A stretch of DNA of 64,000 nucleotides. It comes from a virus. Lineage: Duplodnaviria; Caudoviricetes. Positions within the stretch are counted from its first letter, which is position 1. Every line of letters begins with the position of its first letter. Position numbers and translations under genes: made by a program. This document shows positions 1-10,267 of the stretch, in pieces. The notes beneath the pieces were generated by a model. That model saw only the letters and a list, made by a program, of their open reading frames with translations. It did no database searches and had not been told where the DNA came from. The DNA is taken from IMG/VR virus record IMGVR_UViG_3300043394_000609. One strand, 5' to 3'.

Positions 1-55
1 TCCACTAATGTGTTACTAATAAATATCAAAACTTATATTAACGAATCATATTTTT

Positions 56-3000
56 TTAACAACCTAAAGCTCTATATGAAAGTGTAATTTCCCAAGTGTG
101 TAGTGTTGAAACAGCGTGTAAATTACCTGATGCATCGATGTTAAATGTTATATCGTCCGTATTTCCAATATCCATCGTTGAAGTCTCAGTGTACTCATAT
201 TGAGCACCATCCCAAACACCCATGATAGTACCAAAACGTCGACTACCATCATATTTTACAACATAATCAATCGTTGCCCCATCAAAATCGTTTAATGCTA
301 AAATAATATTGTTACCAACGCTTGTTGTACATAACGACCCCATTTTAGTGTTGGCGATTGTTAATGATCCCGTAATTGTTTGATTACCATTAAAACTATT
401 TGAACCTGTGGTTGTGAAACCATGTTCAACAATTTGTAATGAGCCACTTATTATACCACTTTTCCAAGATGCTGCAGAACCACTTACCGCTAAAACTCTA
501 CCATCGTAACTACCACTGATCGCTGGAATACCCCCACCAACTGTCGCTGTAGCATAACCAGTTTGTGCAGATGAGAACGTGATAATGATACGTGTGCCAT
601 CCACTGCTTCAATGTTTGATGGTATAATAACAAAACCATCACTATTAAACACTTCTATAGCTGGAAATCTTTCACCTAAATAATGATCAAATGTCCAAGT
701 TGTCGATGGTGCCGATTGTTCTAATTTGGCAGTTCTACCATCTGAACCACTACCACCTAACACCGCTAACGCATATGATGCCGTTACAGCATATGATGAA
801 CTTAAAACGGTCATTGACGCGGTATCAGCGTTTAATACATAACTCGATGTAAGTAGTGTAATGTTATTTATCGCAGTATCTACCGATGATGTATAGGTTT
901 CGAATGAACCTGTAGTTAAAAATCCTAAATCAACAATTTGAGACGACCCTGAAACAATACCTGATGGTGTATCTGTAATCCCAGTATATGATATCTGTGA
1001 AGACCCAGAAACTAAAGCCGGCACATTCGTTAAATTATTAAAGTCTATTGAACCAGTAATCGAATCAACATCTAAATTACCATTAATATAAACACTACCA
1101 GTAAAATTGTGATTGTCGTCAGTTGTGTCACCAAATTTAGTAGATCCTGATTGAAACAAAACTGAAGATGTCACATAATCAATATGCAATTCTTTTGCGG
1201 TTAGAGTACCATCGATATAAACATCAGTATTGATTTGTAAACCATTATCAGGTGAGATTGATGCACTAACACTACCACTAACAATTTTATTTAATTCAAT
1301 TCCAGTAACACCGCTCATTGGAATGTTATATAACCTAGAACCATCGCCAATAAATGAACCGCTAATATTTGAACCCGTGATATCTCCAACAACACTTAAA
1401 TCGTGATCCGCCTTAATACTACCACTGAATTCGTATTGGTATCCGTTTGAAACTGAACTGGTATTAAAACTAATTTGTTTCGAACCACTAATAACAACTT
1501 GTGGATTTTCCCATGAATTCTGTGCAAATAAATTTAAATTGGATGGGTGTCCACTACCACCAACGGTACCAACATATAAATCCTTACCAGCATTTAATAG
1601 GTATGCGTCATTTTCATATCCAACATATCCCGCATTGTATGTTGATGAGTTAATACCTAAATCAACATAATGAATATTTTCTGTACCGTTATCTGCTGTA
1701 ATTACAAAGTCAGAACTTGCACTTGACCCACTATTGTGATTTTGTAAATTAATTTGTGCGTATGAATAATGATTCCCATCAAAACGAGCGATATTATAAC
1801 TCCCACTATTTCCAACATGTAATATTTCTGGTGATAAGTAATCAAAACTACCTGAACCAACAATAAGATAATCACTAATTGTTTGACTACCACTAACATT
1901 TAACGAACCTGTGATTGTGTAATCACCTTCTAAAGATTTTTTAGATTCCCATTTTAATGTGTCAACATTATAAACTAATAAATCATTGTCTTGTGTGGAA
2001 ACTACATCAACATCTGACAAATCAAATAATCTCGATGTTGGTATAGAACCACCACCACCATTACCACCAACATTTCTAAATAACCCCGCAGGAACTAAAC
2101 TATATTTGTTTGTGTTTGTAAAATCCCCGTTACCGGCAATAATAATAGAACCTAAGTAAATTGCGTTTTGTTTGGTGTTTTCAATTTCGATGAATCGTTC
2201 TATCGAGATATTATCAATCGCTTCACGTATTGTACCGTAGGTATCATTACCGTAATAAACAACAATACCTTTAGTTGCACTATTTGGATACCAAAACACT
2301 CTTTGAATTGTGTAATCACCACCAACAGATTCTAATACACCATTATTAACATATTTTGTTGGGTCAATTGTAGTGTATCCTGCACCATTATTTGTGTCTT
2401 GGACAAATGTTGTACCCGATACTTGGTAGTATCTAAATATTTTAGAAACTGCAGTACCTGGGTCAATAATGTATGATGGGTTATTTGGGTCGTTTTGGTA
2501 ATTTCTACCATCTGCCCAAGCTGTACCCGAACCAACGTTCAAACCTAATGAACCTGTTGGCACCATATCTAATCCAGACAATTTTAATGCACCGAACGCT
2601 TTAAAAAAGTCATATGTTCTTTGTTTATAACCGTAAGCAACGTTTGGATATGTTATAGAAGCATTAACCGTAGATAAATTTTGGTGTATAACAGTACCTA
2701 ATGTAATGATGGAATTATATTGACCATCATTAAACGCACCTGTTTGTTGGTGTATTTCCCCATCATCGTTAATACCAATAAAGGTTTGTATATGTGTTGT
2801 TCTATATGTTAGTGTTTGACCAGTAATATCGTCCCACTCAATTAATTTTGTTGTTGGGTATGGGTCTTCAGTTAAACTCGCATTTAAATTGACTATAATA
2901 CCACTACCTTTTGAAACATTAAATGTTGTACCACCGTTTGTTGCTGTGATATTTCCACCGTGTAATAATCCGGTGTACATATTACCTTCTAACCAACGTA

Positions 3001-3652
3001 AACGAGTGACGTTATTATATCCATTACCGTTTTGTGAAAAATATAAATCGTTTGTTGAACTTGATACAAATAGGTATGAAGCTGAGATTGAATTGTCGAT
3101 ATTTTTACTAACTGGATCAAATCTAATAACACCGTCTGTTTGAGTGTCCCCAAAAATCCTAATACTTGGTGTTGCTGGGTCTAATGAACCTGATATTGTA
3201 ATTGACCCCGATAATAATGTGGTACCTAATAAAGTGTTGTTACCAATCTGAGTTGTTGAACCTGAAACAGTAAAAGAACCAGTGATTGTGGTATCTGTAT
3301 TAATTTCCAAACCTCTGTTAGGCGAAATTGATGCACTTACACTACCACTTGTGATTTTATTTAATTCTAATCCGGTCACACCAGAATAAGGAATGTTGTA
3401 TAATTGACTACCGTCACCTTTAAATGAACCAGTAAACATAGAACCACTTATATCCCCAGTTAATGAAATAGAACCTGTATTAACCGTGTTTGTTGAGATT
3501 AATTCTTCGACAGAAGGACCTAATGAACCAGATTTTGCCATGAATACTTTACCATCGGTAGTGTTCAATGCTAATTCACCTAATTGTAGATTGGAGTTTG
3601 TTGGTTTTTGACCAGATACACTACTCCTACGAAGTTTTACTATTTGTGCCAT
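56..3652 (-). CDS. Long tail fibre / receptor-binding protein
   Basis: N-terminus LRRS..GQKPT...LQLGELALNTTDGKVF resembles the Mtd-N/hyaluronidase-type fibre anchor; G/S/T-rich beta repeats; internally duplicated GSFxGDGSxLYNIP module. Confidence 0.75.
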   Translation of the reverse strand: MAQIVKLRRSSVSGQKPTNSNLQLGELALNTTDGKVFMAKSGSLGPSVEELISTNTVNTGSISLTGDISGSMFTGSFKGDGSQLYNIPYSGVTGLELNKITSGSVSASISPNRGLEINTDTTITGSFTVSGSTTQIGNNTLLGTTLLSGSITISGSLDPATPSIRIFGDTQTDGVIRFDPVSKNIDNSISASYLFVSSSTNDLYFSQNGNGYNNVTRLRWLEGNMYTGLLHGGNITATNGGTTFNVSKGSGIIVNLNASLTEDPYPTTKLIEWDDITGQTLTYRTTHIQTFIGINDDGEIHQQTGAFNDGQYNSIITLGTVIHQNLSTVNASITYPNVAYGYKQRTYDFFKAFGALKLSGLDMVPTGSLGLNVGSGTAWADGRNYQNDPNNPSYIIDPGTAVSKIFRYYQVSGTTFVQDTNNGAGYTTIDPTKYVNNGVLESVGGDYTIQRVFWYPNSATKGIVVYYGNDTYGTIREAIDNISIERFIEIENTKQNAIYLGSIIIAGNGDFTNTNKYSLVPAGLFRNVGGNGGGGSIPTSRLFDLSDVDVVSTQDNDLLVYNVDTLKWESKKSLEGDYTITGSLNVSGSQTISDYLIVGSGSFDYLSPEILHVGNSGSYNIARFDGNHYSYAQINLQNHNSGSSASSDFVITADNGTENIHYVDLGINSSTYNAGYVGYENDAYLLNAGKDLYVGTVGGSGHPSNLNLFAQNSWENPQVVISGSKQISFNTSSVSNGYQYEFSGSIKADHDLSVVGDITGSNISGSFIGDGSRLYNIPMSGVTGIELNKIVSGSVSASISPDNGLQINTDVYIDGTLTAKELHIDYVTSSVLFQSGSTKFGDTTDDNHNFTGSVYINGNLDVDSITGSIDFNNLTNVPALVSGSSQISYTGITDTPSGIVSGSSQIVDLGFLTTGSFETYTSSVDTAINNITLLTSSYVLNADTASMTVLSSSYAVTASYALAVLGGSGSDGRTAKLEQSAPSTTWTFDHYLGERFPAIEVFNSDGFVIIPSNIEAVDGTRIIITFSSAQTGYATATVGGGIPAISGSYDGRVLAVSGSAASWKSGIISGSLQIVEHGFTTTGSNSFNGNQTITGSLTIANTKMGSLCTTSVGNNIILALNDFDGATIDYVVKYDGSRRFGTIMGVWDGAQYEYTETSTMDIGNTDDITFNIDASGNLHAVSTLHTWEITLSYRALGC

Positions 3653-3748
3653 ATATATGGGTATCTCAATAAATTTGTGTGAAATATTTCACGGTTAATA
3701 ACCTATATAGGTCATTATATAAATACACAAAAATTAAGATTAAGCAAA

Positions 3749-3779
3749 TAAAAAAAGGGACATTTTACTGTCCCCTTTT
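3749..3779 (-). terminator. Intrinsic terminator (possibly bidirectional)
   Basis: GGGACA/TGTCCC stem flanked by A-run and T-run just after the 3800 stop. Confidence 0.75.
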
Positions 3780-3799
3780 AATTTTAAATTTAATCTATT

Positions 3800-5758
3800 T
3801 TAGAATGAACCACCATCAATAACGGTTGAGAAAACTAAACCACCATCTGAATGTTTGTAACCTAATATACCATCAAGAACATCGGTTGTTTCAGTTGTTG
3901 AAACATATCCAAGTACGTTACTTGAATTTCTAAATGTAACCGCTGAACTTTTAGTCCCAGCGTCCGCACCACCAGCAGCACTTAATGTAACATTACCAGC
4001 AATTAATGTGGCACCATCACTAGCCGCAACAGTGAATTTATTTGTATTATATGTTAATGTTGTTGCATCGTCACCTAATAAACTATCACCAATTGTATTA
4101 GCGCTAGTTGCTTTAGTAATCATATTTGTTGTTAAACTAACTTCTGTTCCGTATGTACCAGCAGTTGTTCCAATTAATTTACTTGAAGCTCCGCTTGAAG
4201 AAACAAACATCCAGTAATCATTTAATGAATCCCAAACCATAGATGCTGAAACACCTGAAGAACCTGAATCCATTACCTCAAAACCAGCATAACGTTGGAA
4301 TGGAGAGTATGCGTTTAATCTAATTATATTATCATCAATTTCAACCGTTTGTGATTGAATGTGTACTTCAGTTAATGAACCTAAAACTTCTAAGGTTCCA
4401 GAAACATACAAATTACCACCTAATTGTGTATTCCCTGTTACCGTTAGAACACCATTTACTGTCGCATCATCATTAATTGTTGTTAAACCATTAATCGTTG
4501 TTGTTCCAGAAACCATTAAAGTATCTTTTAACGTAACAGAACCTGTAACGTCTAATGTTGAATTAAGTCCAGTTGCTCCTTTAACTTCTAAAGTATCTTT
4601 TAATGTTGTGGAACCAGTTACGTTTAATGTTGAATTAATACCAACAGAATCTTTAAATTGACTCGTACTAGTTACTACTAAAGACCCAGAAGTTCTAATG
4701 TCACCATCAGTATCTACTTCAAACGAACCAGCACCAACTTGTAATTTAGACCCATCAAAAGTAAAGTTTGCATCATCTTCTAATAGTCCACGAGTACCAA
4801 CAATAACAACACGATTATTTGTTAATTGGTCATTATAAACTGAACCACTAATAACAGTAATGTCACCACCAGCACCTAAATATGTGCTACCACTAACATG
4901 TAAGTCATTTAAGATACCTAAGTCACTAAAATTAACTTGTCTTGCTTGTAACGTATCAACATATGCCGTTCCACTAACAAAGATGTCTCTCCAATATTTT
5001 GAAGACGAACCTAAATCAAATGCATTATTAACATCTGGTACAACAGATGAACTGATTTCAGCACCAAATTTAACAACATCAGTATCGGCATCACCAACAG
5101 TAATGTTACCACCTAAAGTAATATTACCATCAATTTTAGCGTCACCAGACAAGTACATATTTGAACCAGTAATATTACCAGTAACGATTAACGCTCCAGT
5201 AATTTCTGTTTTAGTATTAATTCTTAACCCATCAGCTTGTGAGATAGATGCTGTTGCACTACCATCTCCAATTTGATTTAATTGTAACCCAGTAATGCCA
5301 CTTGCAGGAATGTTATATAAACCAGCACCATTTCCAGTAAAAGAACCAGAAATATTTGTGATGTATGCGTTTGAACCAGTTAAATTATTAATTGTAACTC
5401 CAGATATTAAATTACCTTCGATGTTACCAGTTAAATCTAGTTTAGTGTTACCACCAGCGCCGTCATTATTTAAAATATATAACGATTCGTTTGCTGTTGA
5501 ATAGAATGGTGTACCGTCTAATACAGAACCATATGTCCCGGCAGTAATTGTCGGTGCCGAAGCTCCTTGATAAATTTTAGATACCGATCTAAATGCCCCC
5601 GCAACACCTTCATCACCACTATTCGGTGACCCGATAAATACGAATGGTCCACTTAAATCAGAAATTGAGCCAGAAGCAATGATTAATTCACCATTTCTAG
5701 CCGTGGTTCCTTTTAAGGAAGCGATCGAACCTCTTCTGTGTTTAATTATTTGTGCCAT
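3800..5758 (-). CDS. Tail fibre paralog
   Basis: MAQIIKHRRGS...GELII N-terminus paralogous to the 56..3652 protein; LxVxGxTxL beta repeats; ends IDGGSF. Confidence 0.7.
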   Translation of the reverse strand: MAQIIKHRRGSIASLKGTTARNGELIIASGSISDLSGPFVFIGSPNSGDEGVAGAFRSVSKIYQGASAPTITAGTYGSVLDGTPFYSTANESLYILNNDGAGGNTKLDLTGNIEGNLISGVTINNLTGSNAYITNISGSFTGNGAGLYNIPASGITGLQLNQIGDGSATASISQADGLRINTKTEITGALIVTGNITGSNMYLSGDAKIDGNITLGGNITVGDADTDVVKFGAEISSSVVPDVNNAFDLGSSSKYWRDIFVSGTAYVDTLQARQVNFSDLGILNDLHVSGSTYLGAGGDITVISGSVYNDQLTNNRVVIVGTRGLLEDDANFTFDGSKLQVGAGSFEVDTDGDIRTSGSLVVTSTSQFKDSVGINSTLNVTGSTTLKDTLEVKGATGLNSTLDVTGSVTLKDTLMVSGTTTINGLTTINDDATVNGVLTVTGNTQLGGNLYVSGTLEVLGSLTEVHIQSQTVEIDDNIIRLNAYSPFQRYAGFEVMDSGSSGVSASMVWDSLNDYWMFVSSSGASSKLIGTTAGTYGTEVSLTTNMITKATSANTIGDSLLGDDATTLTYNTNKFTVAASDGATLIAGNVTLSAAGGADAGTKSSAVTFRNSSNVLGYVSTTETTDVLDGILGYKHSDGGLVFSTVIDGGSF

Positions 5759-5800
5759 ATTTTTGTTTTACTTGTTTTTATATAAATACTTTATTTTTTA

Positions 5801-6553
5801 TTAGAAAAATCCATCACCACAATCAATTATTGAGTTATTTGATCTGTCAGATAATACACCTAAATTCTGTATAGCTAATGATGCTGAAATTACTTGATTA
5901 TTGATTTGGTTCCTAACAATACTTGCGGCACCAGATATGATTAAAGATTCTTTTGCAGGGTCTAAGGTTTGTACTAATGTAGTTGTGCCCTCAACTAATA
6001 AATCACCTTTAATTATCATTGAACCAGTGACTTGAAGGTCGTTAGTTGTTGCGTAAAATGAACCAGTTTCCTGCCATATGCTGCTGGAATCTAAATCACT
6101 TTGTAATATTACTTTTTGTTCAAACCCAAGTGGACCGGCAATCCATTGATCATTAGTTGTGTCCCATAGTAAAGATCCGGATATTGTATTTGGTGATGTT
6201 GGATCTTTAATTAATATACCACCAAAAGTGGCTTCAGAACCATTAAGCTCAATAATATTATCACCAATATCAACAGTTGTAGAAGCTATTGAGGTTGTTG
6301 TACCTTTTACTAATAAATCACCTTGGATGGTAACATTTGACCCTGTTAGTTCAATTGCCTCTTTTAATGATGCTGTGTATGCATTTATCTCGTCAGAACC
6401 AAGAATAATATCTTCTAAGGTTTGTCCTGAAATATATAGATTCTCCGCATAAACTGCGTGAAGTGCTCCGCTAATTGATCCTAAATCAATAATCGACCCC
6501 GAAGGAACGTTCGCGGTATCAATTTGGGTCCAGTTTATTTGTTGTAATGCCAT
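5801..6553 (-). CDS. Short fibre-associated virion protein
   Basis: GDLLVKGTTT...IGDNIIELN motif shared with the adjacent fibre; ends IDCGDGFF. Confidence 0.55.
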   Translation of the reverse strand: MALQQINWTQIDTANVPSGSIIDLGSISGALHAVYAENLYISGQTLEDIILGSDEINAYTASLKEAIELTGSNVTIQGDLLVKGTTTSIASTTVDIGDNIIELNGSEATFGGILIKDPTSPNTISGSLLWDTTNDQWIAGPLGFEQKVILQSDLDSSSIWQETGSFYATTNDLQVTGSMIIKGDLLVEGTTTLVQTLDPAKESLIISGAASIVRNQINNQVISASLAIQNLGVLSDRSNNSIIDCGDGFF

Positions 6554-6602
6554 GTAAAAGTAAAGTCTTTTACATAAATACTTTTATAAAACTTCTTTAC
6601 AT

Positions 6603-6631
6603 AAAAAAAGGGGATTTTTTTGATCCCCTTT
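6603..6631 (-). terminator. Intrinsic terminator after glutaredoxin
   Basis: AAAGGGGAT/ATCCCCTTT stem followed by a U-tract on the minus strand. Confidence 0.7.
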
Positions 6632-6642
6632 AGTTTATTCCT

Positions 6643-6912
6643 TTAAATATATTTTTTTATCTTCTCAATCGCTTCTTCTTTACTGAAGAAATCACGCCCA
6701 GCAACAAATATTGGGCCGGCACCGGTTTCGGTATTTTGAAGATACACAGTAGGTAACGCGTCTAACTTAGTTACTGCAAGTATCTGATCATAAGCATCCT
6801 TATTTTCATTTACTTCATATTCAGAAAACTCAATATTTTCTTTTCTTAATTCATCTTTAAGTGTTACACAATGTGAACAACCATTTAATGAAAAAACACA
6901 AACCTTATACAT
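6643..6912 (-). CDS. Glutaredoxin/NrdH-like redoxin
   Basis: CSHC active site and LPTV cis-Pro motif, 89 aa. Confidence 0.8.
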   Translation of the reverse strand: MYKVCVFSLNGCSHCVTLKDELRKENIEFSEYEVNENKDAYDQILAVTKLDALPTVYLQNTETGAGPIFVAGRDFFSKEEAIEKIKKYI

Positions 6913-7217
6913 TACGCGTTATTTAAAATCTCTTTATAATACTCTGGTGTATTTGCCCCAGATGAACGGTGGATAACTTCTCCATTTTTTAACACCATAA
7001 CTGTCGGAACCGATCTAACACCCAATTCTTTTGCGTATTCCATATTAGCGTCAACATCAACTTTTGCAAAAACAGCGTTAGCGTATTCACTTTCTAATGA
7101 TTCTAGTCTAGGAATCAATTGCTTGCATGGCCCGCACCACTCGGCATAGTAGTCAACTAAAACTACTTCGTTTTCTGTAATTATTTTTTTTAATTCTTCT
7201 CCTGTTACGTTTTTCAT
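6912..7217 (-). CDS. trxA: Thioredoxin
   Basis: WCGPC motif, VRSVPT. Confidence 0.93.
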   Translation of the reverse strand: MKNVTGEELKKIITENEVVLVDYYAEWCGPCKQLIPRLESLESEYANAVFAKVDVDANMEYAKELGVRSVPTVMVLKNGEVIHRSSGANTPEYYKEILNNA

Positions 7218-7222
7218 ATTTT

Positions 7223-8290
7223 TTATTTGTTAAATCCTATTTTACCTTTATTTGACGATTTAAATAATTCAGCGTCTATATGATATATATCAGCCAAAAC
7301 CATTCCTTCATCTACTTTATGGTCTTTACCTAAATGTGTTAATAACTTGTTTGTTTCATCCACATTTAACTTTTCAAATTTATGTTCAGCAATCAATCTA
7401 CCTTTTCTAAGTAATGCTTGATCTATTCTTTCACGTTTCATATTGAACGTTGCAATGATTTGAATATTCAAACAATCACCTAATATACCATCAGTTAAAT
7501 TAAGAATATTAGACACACCTGCCGGTGATCCATTACCTTCTCTGTCCGAAATTACTCTTTCAGCATCTTCAATAATCAACACAGTATTTCTTTGATCCAT
7601 TAAAAATGGAATAATACTTGGTTCAGATAACATTTCAGCCATTGATGGTGGGATAAACAATATCTCTTTATCTTTAACCAACCTAGTTAAGTATTTGATG
7701 TACGATGTCTTACCAGTACCTGGATCACCATGCAATAAAATAATACCTTTATCATTTGGTTTATTAAGTCTTTCAACGATAACATTATGAACTTTAACAA
7801 AATCAGAACCATAGTTTAATTCCAAATCAATATCTGGGGCAACTAAATCATACTCTTCAGTATCTAAGTGACCCATATCGCTTTTAACCAAATTAATGCT
7901 TGATTTCTTTTTAAGACGTTCAAATGTTTTAATTGTCTCAAAGTCTAATTGATCATTTAATTCGCCAGAAGTAATATCAAAAACAAATTCTAATTGAACT
8001 AAGTTATTTTTTTTGTCACCATCTCTAACTTTAATCAAAATTCGTTTTTTTTCTGACTTGTATAAAGAATCCGCAGTCTTATCTCCTCGGCGACTAGTAT
8101 GTACTCTGGTTATTTCTTCAAATCCTTGTTGTTTTAGATATGGTATAACTTCTTGTGCATAACTATTGTTGTTATTATGCTTTGAAGGTATACTATCGAA
8201 ATTGATAACAAACAATTGTTCTACTGGAATATCACTACCATATGACGTTTCATACAGTGGATATGCTGTTGGTAATTTTTTTTCTATCAT
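7223..8290 (-). CDS. AAA+ ATPase
   Basis: Walker A GDPGTGKT, Walker B LIIEDAE, SRH IDQALLRKGR. Confidence 0.9.
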   Translation of the reverse strand: MIEKKLPTAYPLYETSYGSDIPVEQLFVINFDSIPSKHNNNNSYAQEVIPYLKQQGFEEITRVHTSRRGDKTADSLYKSEKKRILIKVRDGDKKNNLVQLEFVFDITSGELNDQLDFETIKTFERLKKKSSINLVKSDMGHLDTEEYDLVAPDIDLELNYGSDFVKVHNVIVERLNKPNDKGIILLHGDPGTGKTSYIKYLTRLVKDKEILFIPPSMAEMLSEPSIIPFLMDQRNTVLIIEDAERVISDREGNGSPAGVSNILNLTDGILGDCLNIQIIATFNMKRERIDQALLRKGRLIAEHKFEKLNVDETNKLLTHLGKDHKVDEGMVLADIYHIDAELFKSSNKGKIGFNK

Positions 8291-8315
8291 TTTGTAAAAG
8301 TATTGATAATTTTTG

Positions 8316-8609
8316 TTAATTCAAAGAAATTGGTGGATAATTTTCATAAACCATAAAAAGACCGTCATCAGTAATAAACATTTTTTGTTGACTAATCGCA
8401 ACAACTTCTAATGTTACCCTAAGTAACTCAAATTGCTCTTTAGTTAATTCTGGTTGGCCATTAGTTTCATAATTTTTTTCAGATATTATTGAGAGTTGTT
8501 TGTAAAACTCATCAACATCTGAATTACCAATGAAATAGTCTCTAGCACTATCGTTGGTGTTTAAAAAGTTCTTAATTTTTTGAATATAAACTAAAACCTC
8601 ACTATCCAT
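8316..8609 (-). CDS. Hypothetical protein
   Basis: 97-aa ORF packed tightly in the nusG operon. Confidence 0.65.
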   Translation of the reverse strand: MDSEVLVYIQKIKNFLNTNDSARDYFIGNSDVDEFYKQLSIISEKNYETNGQPELTKEQFELLRVTLEVVAISQQKMFITDDGLFMVYENYPPISLN

Positions 8610-8611
8610 TT

Positions 8612-9139
8612 TTAATATAATTTAGAAATATGTTCTATACCTACCGTCACCGACGTTTCTCGCCCAAATACTTTAACGTTCAGATCAATTCTATCCCCTT
8701 TAATCGAAGATATTGTACCGTTAAATGACGCAAACGGGCCATCTGTGATCGCCACAACCTCACCATCTTTGAATTGACCAAACTTAGCTTCTTTATGCTC
8801 CTCAAGACTTTCATCTTTAAGAATACGAATCACGTCAGCATCCCTCATCTTTTTTGGTGTTTTATCACCAAACATTGCCATGATAGACGGGAATGTACCA
8901 ACTGTTTTAAGTTCTTTATCTGTTAATTCAGATTCGGTCTCGAAATAAAGATAACCACTATAGATAACTTTCTCTCTTAAAACCTTCTTTTTTCTTATAA
9001 CAACAAACTCCTTATCTAAAGGGCAGACAAATCTACTAATAAAATTTATATTTCCATGCGAAATTTGTGAATTAAATTGTTCTGCTAGCTGTCTTTCTTT
9101 CCCCGGCATTACTTTTACTATGTACCATGTTGAATTCAT
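8612..9139 (-). CDS. nusG: NusG-family transcription elongation/antitermination factor
   Basis: NGN domain (WYIVKVMPGKE, IYSGYLY) and KOW domain (GEVVAITDGPFASFNGTI, VFGRET). Confidence 0.92.
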   Translation of the reverse strand: MNSTWYIVKVMPGKERQLAEQFNSQISHGNINFISRFVCPLDKEFVVIRKKKVLREKVIYSGYLYFETESELTDKELKTVGTFPSIMAMFGDKTPKKMRDADVIRILKDESLEEHKEAKFGQFKDGEVVAITDGPFASFNGTISSIKGDRIDLNVKVFGRETSVTVGIEHISKLY

Positions 9140-9226
9140 AATCTTAAATTTTCTATTCTATAAGTATTTTAACCAAACACTTATTTATTGAGACTAATAT
9201 ACATAAAAAAATTCATTATATGAATA

Positions 9227-9258
9227 TTTGGATATTATTAAAATAATATTTACATTTA
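9227..9258 (+). promoter_or_regulatory. Bacteroidota-type sigma-A promoter (-33 TTTG, -7 TACATTTA)
   Basis: TTTG at 9227-9230, 20-nt spacer, TACATTTA at 9251-9258, ATG 4 nt downstream. Confidence 0.6.
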
Positions 9259-9262
9259 CACC

Positions 9263-9412
9263 ATGGCATGTAAGAATTGTAAAAACAAAGAAATCAAAGA
9301 CCAGTTAGCTAAAGACTTGCAGAAGTCAGAAAAGTGGTTCGTGTCATTTATAATAATCTGGTTTGTATTGGGTTGTTATGGATTATACACGTTAATAGAT
9401 AATATTATATGA
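9263..9412 (+). CDS. Small membrane protein absent from the ORF track (49 aa)
   Basis: MACKNCKNKEIKDQLAKDLQKSEKWFVSFIIIWFVLGCYGLYTLIDNII; CxxC plus one TM helix; its TGA overlaps the next ATG (ATGA). Confidence 0.75.
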   Translation: MACKNCKNKEIKDQLAKDLQKSEKWFVSFIIIWFVLGCYGLYTLIDNII

Positions 9413-10053
9413 AGAAGTACAAGTATATGATTGTTGTGTTTTTAAATGGGAAAAGAAAAAAAGTTCTTTACCAAGCTAATAAACGTACAACAATAAATGA
9501 ACACTGGCGTGAGTGTAAAACTCAACGTAAACCAATATATTGTGCGGAAAACAGAGGTAGAGCTAGAACTAAACTAGATTTTTCACTATGTCTTATATAC
9601 CCAATGAATAGATGGGCCAAGGATGAAAAAGTATTTAGAAAAGATGAACTAGGTCGTAATCAAGAAATATACATTGACAGCACCGACTATCGTGTTAAAG
9701 ATGTTATTGATTGGTTTGAGGCTGAGAAAATATATGACTTTCAGCAAAAGAAGCACATCTATTTTGAAGAAATGTATAGAATTATATCAACAATAGAGGC
9801 GCATGCCCAGATTTTTACATTAAACAATAAAGTATTTGTTCAGATTGATTCTGACATCACCGTTTACAAGAATAAGAATCTTAATGATACACAACGTTTA
9901 TTCACCATATTACAATCTGAATTGTTAAGGAATAAACGTAAGAATTTTATGTTTGTGAAAGATGTGACCAGATATCAAAGATCACAATTGTATAATTTAC
10001 TGGAACCTAAAGGGTTTACCAGAAATGAATTATTTAGACATTACTCATATTAA
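9409..10053 (+). CDS. Hypothetical basic protein
   Basis: 214-aa ORF translationally coupled to the 49-aa ORF. Confidence 0.7.
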   Translation: MKKYKYMIVVFLNGKRKKVLYQANKRTTINEHWRECKTQRKPIYCAENRGRARTKLDFSLCLIYPMNRWAKDEKVFRKDELGRNQEIYIDSTDYRVKDVIDWFEAEKIYDFQQKKHIYFEEMYRIISTIEAHAQIFTLNNKVFVQIDSDITVYKNKNLNDTQRLFTILQSELLRNKRKNFMFVKDVTRYQRSQLYNLLEPKGFTRNELFRHYSY

Positions 10054-10267
10054 AAACAATATTAACATTACCTATTTTAATATTGAATGTGTCTTTGGGG
10101 TCTTCAGCTACAAATTTAACTTTTGTTTTCACCATCTGGTAAATCCGGTCAAATTCATTTTTATTAACTTCTAGGACAATTGTTTGTGACTGTTTTACCA
10201 GATTTGTTTTTTCTAACAAATCCGATATCATAGCCAACTGATTAAAGATCTCCCCGTTTTTTTGCAT
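10034..10267 (-). CDS. Hypothetical protein
   Basis: 77-aa ORF ending an overlapping small-gene run. Confidence 0.6.
   Translation of the reverse strand: MQKNGEIFNQLAMISDLLEKTNLVKQSQTIVLEVNKNEFDRIYQMVKTKVKFVAEDPKDTFNIKIGNVNIVFNMSNV

Noticed and set aside
56-5758. Diversity-generating retroelement targeting the Mtd-N-like fibres
   Set aside because: No reverse transcriptase and no adenine-specific TR/VR pair seen in this window.
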